Shown here in pieces: positions 43,329 to 54,934 of a stretch of DNA of 64,000 nucleotides. Under the pieces are notes generated by a model that saw nothing but the letters and a program-made list of their open reading frames with translations, was not told the origin of the DNA and did not search any database. Position 1 is the first letter of the stretch. Each line of letters begins with the position of its first letter. The translations under genes were made by a program, and so were the position numbers. This DNA is from Pseudomonadota bacterium (GTDB taxonomy: Bacteria > Pseudomonadota > Gammaproteobacteria > Ga0077536), in the NCBI GenBank assembly GCA_016719885.1, contig JADJYF010000010.1, positions 64,814 through 128,813 of the forward strand, in the 5' to 3' direction.

Positions 43329-44621
43329 TCAGGCCGCGACCTTGCCAGCGCCGCGTTCGGCGCGGCCGCTGAAGCGGCGATGAAACTGGCCATCCTTCAT
43401 CACCGCCACGATGCGGCGCTGATCCTGCAGCAGGCTCAGGTCGGCGAGCGGATCGCCGTCGATGAGCAGTATGTCGGCGAGGTAGCCGGGCGCGATGCGG
43501 CCGAGCTTTTCGCCGCTGTTGCCCACCCACGCCTCGCCGCCATAAGCGGTCGCGGCGCGCAGCGCTTCCCAGGGCTGCATGTCGAACAGGTTGACCATGT
43601 GCTCGAGATCGCGGCAGTCGGTGCCTATCGGGATCCAGGCAAAGCCGTAGTCGCCGAAGGGCAGCACACGAATGCCGGCCCGATGCATCTTCTGCATGGT
43701 CGCGCAGCCGGCCTCCAGTTCGCGCTTGTTGCCGATGCTCTCGGCGATTTCGGTGGTGATGCCCCAGGCCTGCGCTTCGTAGGTGGTGTTGTAGCGCGCC
43801 GCGATGGCGGGCGTCACCCAGTGCTTGTGCGCGACCTTGGCCAATGCCTCGATGGTCGCATCACTGGCAAACGTGGCGTGATTGATGAGTTCCACGCCGT
43901 ATTGAATACATTGGCGCACGCCGCTGTCGGTATGCGCGTGGGCGGCGAGGCGCTTGCCGATGTTCAAGGTCGTCTCGCAGATGGTGCGCACTTCGTCCTC
44001 GGTCATCGGGTTGATGTCGCCCGGCATGCGGCCGAAGGTGAAGCTGTCGCCGGAGTTGTTGAACTTGACGATGTCGACGCCTTCGCGGATCAGCTGGCGG
44101 ATGGATTTACGGAATTCCTCGACGCCGTCGCACACGATACCGATGGAAGGCACGAACAAGTCCAGGCGCGAATCGTCGCCCACGCCGCCGCTGACGGTGT
44201 ATTCGGGCGTCGACGCGAGGATGCGCGGCCCGGGGAATTCGCCCTTGTTGACGGCATTGCGCACCACCACTTCCAGGCGCGGCTTGGCCGAGGCCACGCC
44301 GATCACGGCGGTGAAGCCATAATCGAGATAAGTGCGCGCGTTGCGCAGCGTGACGAGCAGGTTCTCCTCCACCGGCAAGGCGTTGATGTCGGCGAGGCTG
44401 ACCGCGTTGCTGTAGGTGAAATGGCAGTGCGGATTGACCAGGCCCGGCATCAAGGTCGAGCCCTGGCCATCGATGATTTCATCGATGCCGTCGCGCGGCA
44501 GGCTCTCGCCTGGCGCGGCCACCGCGCTGATGCGATTGCCGGTCAACAGCACTTCGCCGGGCCGGCGCCGGGACTCGGTGCCTTCGAAGATCTCGACATT
44601 GGTGAACAGTACGCGACTCAT
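43329..44621 (-). CDS. Amidohydrolase-family metal-dependent hydrolase
   Basis: PGLVNPHCHF metal-binding motif. GGGAGAG ribosome-binding site before the internal ATG at 44621. The ORF track extends to 44735. Confidence 0.7.
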   Translation of the reverse strand: MSRVLFTNVEIFEGTESRRRPGEVLLTGNRISAVAAPGESLPRDGIDEIIDGQGSTLMPGLVNPHCHFTYSNAVSLADINALPVEENLLVTLRNARTYLDYGFTAVIGVASAKPRLEVVVRNAVNKGEFPGPRILASTPEYTVSGGVGDDSRLDLFVPSIGIVCDGVEEFRKSIRQLIREGVDIVKFNNSGDSFTFGRMPGDINPMTEDEVRTICETTLNIGKRLAAHAHTDSGVRQCIQYGVELINHATFASDATIEALAKVAHKHWVTPAIAARYNTTYEAQAWGITTEIAESIGNKRELEAGCATMQKMHRAGIRVLPFGDYGFAWIPIGTDCRDLEHMVNLFDMQPWEALRAATAYGGEAWVGNSGEKLGRIAPGYLADILLIDGDPLADLSLLQDQRRIVAVMKDGQFHRRFSGRAERGAGKVAA

Positions 44622-44652
44622 GGTGCTCTCCCCGCCGCTGGTGCGCGGCTGC

Positions 44653-45018
44653 TCATGAAAGACGCTTGCCGGCGTGCGGCGGCGTCTGTTGTGCGAGTTT
44701 AACGCGCAGCGCCGGCGGCAAGGCCGCCACGGCATCGCTGCCTGCAGCCAGCGACCAGTAGGTCGCTGCGAATTCGACCAGCGCCACGCCGTCGGCGCCG
44801 TCCACGTCGCTGAACAAGAGACTCTGACGGCCGCTGCCGCGCAGCGCCACGTTGCAGGGGCGAGGACAAGCGCCGAGGCAGGCGACCTGTCGCACTTCTA
44901 GTTCATCGCGACACAGCGCGGCGAGGCGTTCAGCGAGGTCCAAGCCGGCGCGCGCCGCATCGCTACGCGACTCGGCGTAGCGATGGCAGCGCACGCACAC
45001 GAACAACAGGGCGGCCAC
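44653..45018 (-). CDS. Small Cys-rich putative metal-binding protein (DUF1636-like)
   Basis: 121 aa with C(x2)C…CLGAC(x3)C pattern. Sits between the FAH-family and amidohydrolase genes. Confidence 0.4.
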   Translation of the reverse strand: MAALLFVCVRCHRYAESRSDAARAGLDLAERLAALCRDELEVRQVACLGACPRPCNVALRGSGRQSLLFSDVDGADGVALVEFAATYWSLAAGSDAVAALPPALRVKLAQQTPPHAGKRLS

Positions 45019-45030
45019 GGGCGGCGGCGT

Positions 45031-45906
45031 TCAGACCACGCGGTTCTCGATCTCGCCGAGGCCGCTGATGGCAACCTTTACCACGTCGCCGCTGGCGAGG
45101 AACTTCGGCGGCGTGAAACCGATGCCGACGCCGGCCGGCGTGCCGGTGGCGATGATATCGCCGGTCTCCAGCGTCATCGAGGCCGAGATGCATTCGATGA
45201 TGGCGGGGATGTCGAAGATCAGATCGCGCGTGTTGGCGTTCTGACGCAGTTCGCCATTGACCCAGCACTGCACGTCGAGGTTGCCCGGCTCGACTTCATC
45301 GGCGGTGGTCAACCACGGGCCGATGGGACAGAAGGTGTCGATGGACTTACCCAGCAGCCATTGCTTGTGTTTGGCCTGCAGGTCGCGCGCCGTGGCGTCG
45401 TTGATGACGCAATAGGCCCATACGTGTTCATAGGCACGCTCGCGCGCGATGCGCCGCCCCGGCTTGCCGATCACGACGCCGAGCTCCGCTTCGTAATCGA
45501 CCTGCGAGGTGATGTGCCACGGCACGATGATGTCGTCGCGCGCGCCGGTCATGGCGCATGGCGCCTTGGTGAAGACGATGGGCGCCTCCGGGATCGCATC
45601 CTGCGCGCTCTTGGCCGAAGAATCGTAGCCGCTGCGCGTGAACTCGGCGGCGTGCGCCGCGTAATTCTTGCCGATGCACAGGATGTTCTTGCGCGGCTGC
45701 GCGATGGGCGGCAGCAGGCTCACGTCCGCCAAGGGCACGGCGGCGCCGGCGGTGCGCGGTGCGTGGCCGGCCAGCGCCTCGTGCATGAGCGCCAGCATCG
45801 CATCACCATGGCCCGCGTCGGTGGCGAGCGGCGTGACCGTGCCGGCGGCGGTATCGACCAGGCCGAGCTGGACACGGGAAGCATGGGAATAACGGGCGAT
45901 TTTCAT
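45031..45906 (-). CDS. Fumarylacetoacetate-hydrolase (FAH)-family protein (hydratase/decarboxylase/isomerase type)
   Basis: NYAAHAAE…VDYEAELGVVIG…GDIIATGTPAGVG, the characteristic FAH-family motifs. Confidence 0.8.
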   Translation of the reverse strand: MKIARYSHASRVQLGLVDTAAGTVTPLATDAGHGDAMLALMHEALAGHAPRTAGAAVPLADVSLLPPIAQPRKNILCIGKNYAAHAAEFTRSGYDSSAKSAQDAIPEAPIVFTKAPCAMTGARDDIIVPWHITSQVDYEAELGVVIGKPGRRIARERAYEHVWAYCVINDATARDLQAKHKQWLLGKSIDTFCPIGPWLTTADEVEPGNLDVQCWVNGELRQNANTRDLIFDIPAIIECISASMTLETGDIIATGTPAGVGIGFTPPKFLASGDVVKVAISGLGEIENRVV

Positions 45907-46175
45907 GACGGACCTTGTGAATGGATGGATGTCGGCGACGCCGGGGGCGCCACTCGTACAAGCGCCAGCGGCGCCGGCACTTGACGGCAAGACGCCCTGC
46001 CATCGTCGACGCGCGCCCCGCACCCCGGCCTTGACCAATTGGTTGAGCACATGTCCAATGCCTGCCGGCTGTGCAAAAGTATTTAGCGCAGCGGCGGCCG
46101 TCAAGGCTTATCCGCAAAAAAAACCAATTGGTCATCAACCTGGTGCATGCCATGCGCCTTCGGGAGTCGCCGCCC

Positions 46176-46868
46176 ATGCCGGTCACGGACAGTCACAACC
46201 AGGCGGCAAACGCCCTCGCCCATTTCGTCGAAGGCCAGCTCGCGAGCGGCGCGTGGCCGCTGGCCATGAAGTTGCCGGCCGAGCGCGAACTTGGCGCACG
46301 CTTCCTGTTGAGCCGCGGTGCGGTGCGCAAGGTGTTGGACGGTTTCATCGCGCGCGGTCTTTTGCGGCGCGCGGCCGGCAGCGGCACCTACGTCGCAAGC
46401 GCGCCGACGCGCGGCGTCACCGCCACGGCCACCCGCATCGAGCTCGACAACGTCAGTCCGGCGGAACTCATGGAGGCGCGGCGCCTGTTCGAACCGCTGC
46501 TGCCGCGCCTCATCGTGCGTCACGCCACGCCGCAGGATTTCGCGCGCTTCGAACAATGCCTGCTCGGCGCCGAGCAGGCCGACAGCGTGGCTGACTTCGA
46601 ATACTGGGACGGCGCGCTGCACGAAGCCTTGTCGGCTGCCACGCACAACAGTTTCATCGGCGCCATCCTCGCCTTGATGGCGGTCGTGCGCGAAGCCGGT
46701 GAGTGGGGGCGCCTCAAGCAGCAGGCGCTGACGCCGGCGCGACGCAAACGCTACGAAGCCCAGCATCGCGCCCTGGTCGCGGCCCTGCGTGAACGCGACG
46801 AAGCGCAGGCCAGCGCCCTGTTGAAGGCCCACCTCGACGAAGTGCAGGCCAACCTGTTCGGCGCGTGA
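46176..46868 (+). CDS. GntR-family transcriptional regulator (FadR/FCD subtype)
   Basis: HTH region LPAERELGARFLLSRGAVRKVLDGFIARGLLRRAAGSGTYV and an all-helical C-terminal domain. Divergent from the FAH operon. GGGAG ribosome-binding site. Confidence 0.7.
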   Translation: MPVTDSHNQAANALAHFVEGQLASGAWPLAMKLPAERELGARFLLSRGAVRKVLDGFIARGLLRRAAGSGTYVASAPTRGVTATATRIELDNVSPAELMEARRLFEPLLPRLIVRHATPQDFARFEQCLLGAEQADSVADFEYWDGALHEALSAATHNSFIGAILALMAVVREAGEWGRLKQQALTPARRKRYEAQHRALVAALRERDEAQASALLKAHLDEVQANLFGA

Positions 46869-46949
46869 GCGAGTACGTCGGCAGGCCGGCTCGCACGCGC
46901 GGCCGCGCTATTCCCGCTGCATGGCGATTGGTGTAGCGTGCCTTGCATC

Positions 46950-48206
46950 ATGAGCACACCCGACATCCTCATCGCCGGCGGCGGCATCGCAGGCTTGACC
47001 CTGGCCTTGGCCCTGCACGATGCAGGCTACCGTCCACGCGTGTTCGAGGCGGTCGCGAGCCTTGCCGAACTCGGCGTCGGCATCAACGTGTTGCCCCATG
47101 CCGCCAAGGAATACGAACGCCTGGGCGTGCTCGACGCGCTGCTGGCCGAAGGCGTGGAGCTCGAGCGCTACATGTGGTTCAACCGTCATGGCCAGGAAAT
47201 CTGGAGCGAGGCGCGCGGACGCAAGGCCGGCTACGCGTGGCCGCAGGTATCCATCCATCGCGGCAGCTTTCATCGCGTGTTGGCCGACGCCGTGCGTATG
47301 CGCCTCGGCGCCGAGGCCATCGTGCTCGATCATCAACTCGTGGGTTTCAGCCAGGACGCGCGCAAGGTCAGCGCACGCTTCGCGAGCCGCGCCAGCGGCG
47401 CGCAACGTGACGCCGTGGCATGCGACATCCTGGTCGGCGCCGACGGCATACACTCGAGCCTGCGCCGCGCCTTCTACCCGGATGAAGGCGCGCCGCGTTG
47501 GGCTGGCAACATGATGTGGCGCATGACCGTCGACCTGCCGGCGCCGATACTCGGCGGCAGCACGATGTTTTCGGCCGGCACCGGCGAATGCAAGGTGGTG
47601 GGCTATGAAATCTCGGCCGCGCACAAGCGCCGGGGGCGCTCGCTGTTCAACTGGATAGCCGAGGTCAAACTCGGCGAGGACGGCGCCGCGCCGCCCGAGC
47701 GCGAGGACTGGAATCGCGTCGCCGGCATCGGCGAATTCGTCGAGTACTTTCGCGACTTCCGCTTCGACTGGCTGGACGTGCCGGCCCTCGCGCACGCCTC
47801 GGGCCAGGCCTTCGCGTTCCCGATGGTCGACCGCGATCCCTTGCCACGCTGGAGTCATGGGCGCGTGACCCTGCTCGGCGACGCCGCCCACCCGATGTGG
47901 CCGATAGGCTCGAACGGCGCGTCGCAGGGCGTGCTCGATTGCCGCGCGCTGGTGGATGCGTTGCAAATCCATGCCGACCCGCGCGAGGCCTTGCTGGCCT
48001 ACGAAGCGCAGCGTCTGCCGGCCACCGCCGCGGTGGTCACCGCCAACCGCAGTCGTGCGCACGACCAGGTGCTGGACCTGTGCGAAGCGCGCGCGCCGCA
48101 GGGTTTCAGCGACGCGCGCGCGGTCATCAGCGCCGAGGAAATCGAAGCGAGTCTCGCGCGCTACAAGCAGACCGCGCAGTTCGACAAGCACCAGCTCCAG
48201 GCATGA
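46950..48206 (+). CDS. FAD-dependent aromatic-ring hydroxylase (UbiH/salicylate-hydroxylase family)
   Basis: DILIAGGGIAGLTLA dinucleotide fold, GADGIHSSLR, and GDAAHPMWPIGSNGASQG. Confidence 0.75.
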   Translation: MSTPDILIAGGGIAGLTLALALHDAGYRPRVFEAVASLAELGVGINVLPHAAKEYERLGVLDALLAEGVELERYMWFNRHGQEIWSEARGRKAGYAWPQVSIHRGSFHRVLADAVRMRLGAEAIVLDHQLVGFSQDARKVSARFASRASGAQRDAVACDILVGADGIHSSLRRAFYPDEGAPRWAGNMMWRMTVDLPAPILGGSTMFSAGTGECKVVGYEISAAHKRRGRSLFNWIAEVKLGEDGAAPPEREDWNRVAGIGEFVEYFRDFRFDWLDVPALAHASGQAFAFPMVDRDPLPRWSHGRVTLLGDAAHPMWPIGSNGASQGVLDCRALVDALQIHADPREALLAYEAQRLPATAAVVTANRSRAHDQVLDLCEARAPQGFSDARAVISAEEIEASLARYKQTAQFDKHQLQA

Positions 48207-49313
48207 AGGCGCACGCGCCGTACCGGGCCGACCAGGTGGGCAGCCTGCTGCGACCGCCAGCCTTGAAGGCGGCGCGTGCCGCACTGGCAGACGGCGCCCT
48301 GGATGTCGACGCAGTTGCGTGCCGTCGAAGACGAATGCATCCGCGCGGCCGTGGCCGCGCAACAAGCGCTGGGACTCGCGGTCGTCACGGACGGCGAGTT
48401 TCGACGCGCCTGGTGGCATTTCGATTTTCTCGCCGGCCTTAAGGGCGTGCGCCTGGTGCGCGGCGACAAAGCCATTCAATTCCACGGCGTCACGACCAAG
48501 GCCGAAAGCATCGAGGTGCATGATCGCGTGGGCTTCGACGGGCACGCCATGGTCGAGGACTTCAAGTTCCTTGCCGGTATCGCCAAGGTCACGCCCAAGA
48601 TGACCATCCCCGCGCCGTCGGTGCTGCACTTTCGCGGCGGGCGCGCCGCCATTTCACGGCGCGTGTATCCCGATCTCGAACGCTTTTTCGAGGACACCGC
48701 CGAGACCTATCGCAAGGTGGTCGCGGCCTTCTACGCCGCCGGCTGCCGCTACCTGCAGTTCGACGACACGGTGTGGGCCTACCTGTGCTCGGACAAGGAG
48801 CGCGCGGCGGCGCGCGAACGGGGCGACGATCCGGAACCCTTGCCGCGCATCTATGCCGAGATGATCAACCATGCGCTGGCCGACAAGCCTGGCGACCTGG
48901 TGGTCACCACCCACGTGTGCCGGGGCAATTTCCGCTCGAGCTGGATAGCCGAGGGCGGCTACGAACCCGTCGCCGGCACGTTGCTGGCCGGCACCGCCTA
49001 CGACGGCTATTTTCTCGAATACGACAGTGAGCGCGCCGGCGGTTTTGAACCGCTGCGCTACCTGCCGCGCGGCCACAAGCGCGTGGTGCTGGGACTGGTG
49101 ACTTCCAAGTTCGGAGACCTTGAAAGCGTCGAGCAATTGCAGACACGCATCGATGAAGCCGCACGCTTCGTGCCACGCGAGCAGTTGTGTCTGAGTCCGC
49201 AATGCGGCTTTGCTTCGACCGAGGAAGGCAACCTGCTCGGCGAGGAACAACAGTGGGCCAAGCTCGCGCGGGTGGTGGAAGTGGCGCGCGCCACCTGGCA
49301 GGACGCCCCGTAG
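48204..49313 (+). pseudogene. Cobalamin-independent methionine-synthase-like (MetE C-terminal-domain family) gene with a frameshift near 48300
   Basis: N-terminus MKAHAPYRADQVGSLLRPPALKAARAALADGAL in one frame. The remainder (QLRAVEDECIR…HVCRGNFRSSW…LSPQCGF) is in another frame. The ATG overlaps the upstream stop (ATGA). Confidence 0.5.
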
Positions 49314-49390
49314 GTGCGAATTCATTCGCACACTGGTGACGCGCCAGGGCGATCGCATCGAGATTTAATGTGCGAATGAATTCGCACCCA
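49310..49390. repeat. Composite palindromic element (family B), third copy
   Basis: GTAGGTGCGAATTCATTCGCAC … GTGCGAATGAATTCGCACC. Direct reading. Confidence 0.6.
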
Positions 49391-49414
49391 CGGGACAGCA
49401 GCGGACATCTCCCC

Positions 49415-49834
49415 ATGAGCACCGACAGCATCGTTCTCGCCGACAAGGCCAAGCCGCGCGGCAAGTACCCCCACGCCCGACGCGTCGGCGATCTTATTTT
49501 CGTGTCGGGTACCAGTTCACGGCGCGCCGACAACAGCATCGCCGGCGCGAGTGTCGATGCCATGGGCACCACGGCGCTCGACATCCGCGTGCAGACCCGT
49601 GCCGTGCTCGACAACATCGACGCCGTACTCTCGAAGTTCGACGCCGGCCTCGCCGACGTGGTCGACATCACCAGCTTCCTGGTCAACATGAACGACTTCG
49701 GCGGCTACAACGAGGTCTACGGCGAATATTTCGATTTCGATGGCCCGGCGCGCACCACGGTCGCCGTGCATCAATTGCCGCATCCGCACCTGTTGATTGA
49801 AATCAAGGCCGTGGCCTGGAAGCCGCAACGCTGA
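49415..49834 (+). CDS. RidA/YjgF-family protein (reactive-intermediate/imine deaminase)
   Basis: About 139 aa. Conserved C-terminal region TTVAVHQLPHPHLLIEIKAVA. Confidence 0.7.
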   Translation: MSTDSIVLADKAKPRGKYPHARRVGDLIFVSGTSSRRADNSIAGASVDAMGTTALDIRVQTRAVLDNIDAVLSKFDAGLADVVDITSFLVNMNDFGGYNEVYGEYFDFDGPARTTVAVHQLPHPHLLIEIKAVAWKPQR

Positions 49835-50752
<918 letters not shown>

Positions 50753-50778
50753 CCACAAGCTTTTCAAGGACCGTCCTC

Positions 50779-51594
50779 ATGACCATTGTCGCCGCCCTGT
50801 TGGTGCCCGGCTCGCCCTTGCCGCAGGTGGCGCCGGACAATCCACCCTGGGGTGCGCTCGCCGATGCATACAGAGCCGCCGGCGCCGCGCTCGCCGCCGC
50901 CGCGCCCGACACGCTCGTGATCTATTCCACCCAGTGGCTGGCGGTGCTCGACGAACTGTGGCTGACGCGCGCGCGGATGCAGGGCGCACACGTCGACGAC
51001 AACTGGCACGAATACGGCGCGCTGCCCTATGACATTCGCATCGACACGGCGCTGACCGCGGCTATAGTCGACGCCACGCCCGCTATCGGCGTGCGCTCCA
51101 AGGGCGTCGATTACGATGGCTTCCCGCTCGACACCGGCACCATCGTCGCCAGCCACTTCTTGAATCCGGCCGGGCGCGCGGCGCTGGCGGTGGCCGCCAA
51201 CAATCTCTACCACGACTGGCACACCACCGGGAATCTCGGCCGCGTCGCCGCCGAGCAGGCGCAGAGCCTTGGCCGCCGCGTGGCGCTGATCGGGGTTGGC
51301 GGATTGTCGGGCTCGTTTTTCCGTCATGCCATCGACATCGCGACGGACCATATCGCGGTCGCCGAGGAGGACGCCTGGAATCGGCGCATGTTGTCGATGC
51401 TGGAACGCGGCGAGGTGGCCGCGTTCCGCGCCGCCTGTCCCGACTACGCGCGCGCCGCGCGCGTCGACATGGGTTTCAAGCACTGCGCGTTCGTGATGGG
51501 CGCGCTGGACTGGCGCGTGAGCGGCGCCGTCGTGCATGGCTACGGCCCCTTGTACGGCGCGGGCGGTGCGGTGGTGGAATTCAAACTGGGCTGA
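50779..51594 (+). CDS. Second LigB-family subunit (AmnA-like, probably non-catalytic)
   Basis: 271 aa with LigB-fold-like composition, immediately downstream. AAGGA ribosome-binding site. Confidence 0.55.
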   Translation: MTIVAALLVPGSPLPQVAPDNPPWGALADAYRAAGAALAAAAPDTLVIYSTQWLAVLDELWLTRARMQGAHVDDNWHEYGALPYDIRIDTALTAAIVDATPAIGVRSKGVDYDGFPLDTGTIVASHFLNPAGRAALAVAANNLYHDWHTTGNLGRVAAEQAQSLGRRVALIGVGGLSGSFFRHAIDIATDHIAVAEEDAWNRRMLSMLERGEVAAFRAACPDYARAARVDMGFKHCAFVMGALDWRVSGAVVHGYGPLYGAGGAVVEFKLG

Positions 51595-51650
51595 GACACC
51601 CGAGTGTCGGATGCGCCGACACCTTCATCGAGAGTTTGCCGCGCAAAACG

Positions 51651-52451
51651 TCATGGCTTGCGCGCGCTGCGAAAATCCGGCGCACGCTTGCCGAGAAAAG
51701 CATCAATCGCCTCGCGGTGCTCGGCCGAGCGATAGCAACGCTCGAGCGCCGCGAATTCGCGCCGCAGCACCACATCGAGATCGTTCTCCGCCGCGTTGAG
51801 CGTCAGGAGGCGCTTGGCTTCCAAGACTGCGGCCTGCGGGTTTTCGCCCATGGCGCGGGCCATGGCCTGGGCGTTCTCGAGCAGGGATTCGGGCGAGGTC
51901 ACGGCGTCAATCAAGCGCAGCGAATGCGCTTCCGCCGCGGTGATGGTGCGGCCCGTCAGGATTAGGTTAGACGCTGCGCCAAAGCCGCAGCGCTGTGCCA
52001 GGTAATGGGAGCTCGCGAGTTCCGGCACCAGGCCCAACTTGACGAAACGCAGCGACAGCGTGGCATTGTCGGCGCACAGGATCTGATCCATCGGCAGCAC
52101 CTGCGACAGGCCGACACCGATGGCCGCGCCGTTGATGGCCGCCACCATCGGCTTCGAACGCCGCAGCAATGCCACCCAGTCATCGGTGCGCGCCTCGGTC
52201 TTGAACGGCGGCGCTTGCGTCGACTGCGCGTCGAACACCAGCGAGATATCGGCGCCCGCGCAGAAGGCACGGCCGGCGCCGGTCACCACCAGCGCATCAA
52301 CCTCGGGATTGTCGTTGGCGGCAGTGATGGCGGCGCGCAACTCCGCGCCCATCTGGTAGGTCCAGGCGTTGAGCTTGTCGACACGATTGAGCGTGATGGT
52401 CAGCACGCCTTCGTCGAGCGTGGTGAGGAGCGTGGTGTATGGCTGTGTCAT
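51651..52451 (-). CDS. Enoyl-CoA hydratase/isomerase-family protein
   Basis: VVTGAGRAFCAGADI…AAINGAAIGVGLS crotonase motifs. Confidence 0.8.
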   Translation of the reverse strand: MTQPYTTLLTTLDEGVLTITLNRVDKLNAWTYQMGAELRAAITAANDNPEVDALVVTGAGRAFCAGADISLVFDAQSTQAPPFKTEARTDDWVALLRRSKPMVAAINGAAIGVGLSQVLPMDQILCADNATLSLRFVKLGLVPELASSHYLAQRCGFGAASNLILTGRTITAAEAHSLRLIDAVTSPESLLENAQAMARAMGENPQAAVLEAKRLLTLNAAENDLDVVLRREFAALERCYRSAEHREAIDAFLGKRAPDFRSARKP

Positions 52452-52536
52452 GGCGTCTTGGCGTCACGGTGCAAGGGTTTGCGCGTGACTATAGGTGATG
52501 GCGCGTTGGTAGGCGAATCGACAGTGACCCTCTATC

Positions 52537-53484
52537 ATGCGGCGCATGGCCACCGTCCTCGATATCCGCAACGTCACCAAGACCTATGCGTCCGGCGTCA
52601 GCGCCCTGAAGCCGGTCAGTCTCACCATCGAAGAGGGCGAGATCTTCGCGCTGCTCGGCCCGAACGGTGCAGGCAAGACCACGCTCATCAGCATCATCTG
52701 CGGCATCGTCACGCCGAGCGCCGGCACGGTGCTGGCCGGCGGCTACGATGTCGAGCGCGACTACCGCGGCGCGCGCGGCCTGATTGGTCTCGTGCCACAG
52801 GAGCTCGCCACCGACAGCTACGAAACGGTGTGGGACACCGTCAGCTTCAGCCGCGGGCTGTTCGGGCGCGCACCCGACGCGGCCTACATCGAAAAGATGC
52901 TGCGCGCACTCACGCTGTGGGACAAGCGCAATGCCCGCATCCGCACCTTGTCGGGCGGCATGAAGCGCCGCGTGATGATAGCCAAGGCCTTGTCCCATGA
53001 ACCGCGCATCCTGTTTCTCGATGAACCGACGGCCGGCGTCGACGTGGAGCTGCGGCGCGACATGTGGGCCCTGGTACGCGAGCTGCGCGCCCAGGGCGTG
53101 ACCATCATCCTCACCACACATTACATCGAGGAAGCCGAGGAAATGGCGGATCGCGTCGGCGTCATCAATCATGGCGAACTGATGCTGGTCGAAGACAAGC
53201 ACACGCTCATGAAGAAGCTCGGCCAGAAGCGCTTGAAGCTCAACCTGCAGCAGCCGCTCAGCGCCGTGCCGGCGGCGCTCGCGCCGTGGCGGCTCGCGCT
53301 GGAAGCCGAAGGTCATGAGCTTCATTACCTGTTCGACACGCGCGCCGAACACAGTGACGTGCCGGCCCTGTTGCGCGCGCTGGACGAACTCGGTATCGGC
53401 TTCAAGGATCTCAATACCGAGGAAAGCTCGCTGGAAGATATTTTCGTCGGCCTGGTGCGCGGCGAGCGGGAGCAGGTGGCATGA
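52537..53484 (+). CDS. ABC transporter ATP-binding protein (ABC-2/NodI-type)
   Basis: Walker [10 protein letters not shown], signature LSGGMKRR, Walker [13 protein letters not shown]. Confidence 0.8.
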   Translation: MRRMATVLDIRNVTKTYASGVSALKPVSLTIEEGEIFALLGPNGAGKTTLISIICGIVTPSAGTVLAGGYDVERDYRGARGLIGLVPQELATDSYETVWDTVSFSRGLFGRAPDAAYIEKMLRALTLWDKRNARIRTLSGGMKRRVMIAKALSHEPRILFLDEPTAGVDVELRRDMWALVRELRAQGVTIILTTHYIEEAEEMADRVGVINHGELMLVEDKHTLMKKLGQKRLKLNLQQPLSAVPAALAPWRLALEAEGHELHYLFDTRAEHSDVPALLRALDELGIGFKDLNTEESSLEDIFVGLVRGEREQVA

Positions 53485-54257
53485 GCGTGCCGCGCTTCAA
53501 CCACCACGGCGTGTGGGCCATCTACAAGTTCGAGATAGCGCGCACCCTGCGCACGCTGCTGCAAAGCATCGCCACGCCGGTCATCACCACCTCGCTGTAT
53601 TTCGTGGTGTTCGGCTCCGCCATCGGCTCACGCATGAGTAATGTCGACGGGGTACCCTATGGCGCTTTCATCGTGCCGGGCCTCATGATGCTGGCGGTGC
53701 TGACCGAGAGCATTTCCAATTCATCGTTCGCCATCTACTTGCCGAAATTCACCGGCACCATCTACGAATTGCTGTCGGCGCCGGTATCACCATTCGAGGT
53801 GGTGCTGGCCTATGTCGGCGCGGCGACCACCAAATCGGTGGTGTTGGGCCTCTTGATCCTGGCCACGGCCTCGATGTTCGTGCCGCTGCAAATCCTGCAT
53901 CCGTGGTGGATGCTGGGTTTCCTGGTGATGACCGCGCTGTCCTTCTGCCTGTTCGGTTTCGTGATCGGCATCTGGGCCAACGGCTGGGAACAGCTGCAGT
54001 TCATTCCCATGCTGGTGATCACGCCGCTGACCTTCCTCGGCGGCACTTTCTATTCCATCGCCATGCTGCCGCCGCTGTGGCAGAAGCTCGCACTGTTCAA
54101 TCCGGTGGTCTACCTCATCAGCGGCTTTCGCTGGAGCTTCAACGGCCGCGCCGATGTCGCTATCGAAATCAGCCTGGCCTTCATTGCCGGCTTCTTCCTG
54201 CTGTGCCTGGCCATGGTGTGGTGGATCTTCCGCACCGGCTACCGGCTCAAGGCGTGA
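53481..54257 (+). CDS. ABC-2-type transporter permease
   Basis: Six predicted TM segments. The start overlaps the ATPase stop (ATGA). Confidence 0.75.
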   Translation: MSVPRFNHHGVWAIYKFEIARTLRTLLQSIATPVITTSLYFVVFGSAIGSRMSNVDGVPYGAFIVPGLMMLAVLTESISNSSFAIYLPKFTGTIYELLSAPVSPFEVVLAYVGAATTKSVVLGLLILATASMFVPLQILHPWWMLGFLVMTALSFCLFGFVIGIWANGWEQLQFIPMLVITPLTFLGGTFYSIAMLPPLWQKLALFNPVVYLISGFRWSFNGRADVAIEISLAFIAGFFLLCLAMVWWIFRTGYRLKA

Positions 54258-54882
54258 GACGGCGCGGCGCCGCTTCGAGGTAGCCGTGTACCAGCGAATG
54301 CACGGTGTGTTCTATCTCCCGGCGCGGGCTGCCTGACAATTTCATCTGCACGATCATGTGCGCGAGGCCGACGATGACCCGCGCGGCATCGCGCGTGCGC
54401 AGTTCCGCATCGACGCTGCCTTCCTGTTTGCCGCGCCTCACGAGCCGCGCCATGCTCGCCACCGACTCGCGATAAAAGCGCTTGAAGGCATCCCAAGCCT
54501 CGTCACGAACCGACACGCTCCATTCCAGCCATACGCGCACATGGTCGGGATGGGAGTCCATCGCGTCGCAGAACGTCATGAGGATGCGTTCGATGGCGAC
54601 CGGCGCCGTGTCCTTGCCGTGGGCATGGGACGCGACCACGTCCTTCAAGAGGAAGCGCGCGACTTCATTCAAGACCGCCGTCAGGAGCGCGGTCTTGGTC
54701 GGGAAATAATGGAAGGTGGTGGAGACCGCCAGCGCCGCCTCCTTGGCGACGTCGCTGTGACGCGTGTCGCCCAAACCACGACGGGCATAGACGCGCAGCG
54801 CGGCGGCGAGGATGAGTTCACGGCGCACATCGGGATGCATGCGCGCCGCGCGGGCACGGGGCTGAGGCCTGGACGAAGTCAT
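54247..54882 (-). CDS. TetR/AcrR-family transcriptional regulator
   Basis: N-terminal [47 protein letters not shown]. Confidence 0.7.
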   Translation of the reverse strand: MTSSRPQPRARAARMHPDVRRELILAAALRVYARRGLGDTRHSDVAKEAALAVSTTFHYFPTKTALLTAVLNEVARFLLKDVVASHAHGKDTAPVAIERILMTFCDAMDSHPDHVRVWLEWSVSVRDEAWDAFKRFYRESVASMARLVRRGKQEGSVDAELRTRDAARVIVGLAHMIVQMKLSGSPRREIEHTVHSLVHGYLEAAPRRLTP

Positions 54883-54934
54883 GCCTGGAATTGTACAGGG
54901 CATGGCTCGCCGGCAGGCGCTTCCCGATACTGGT

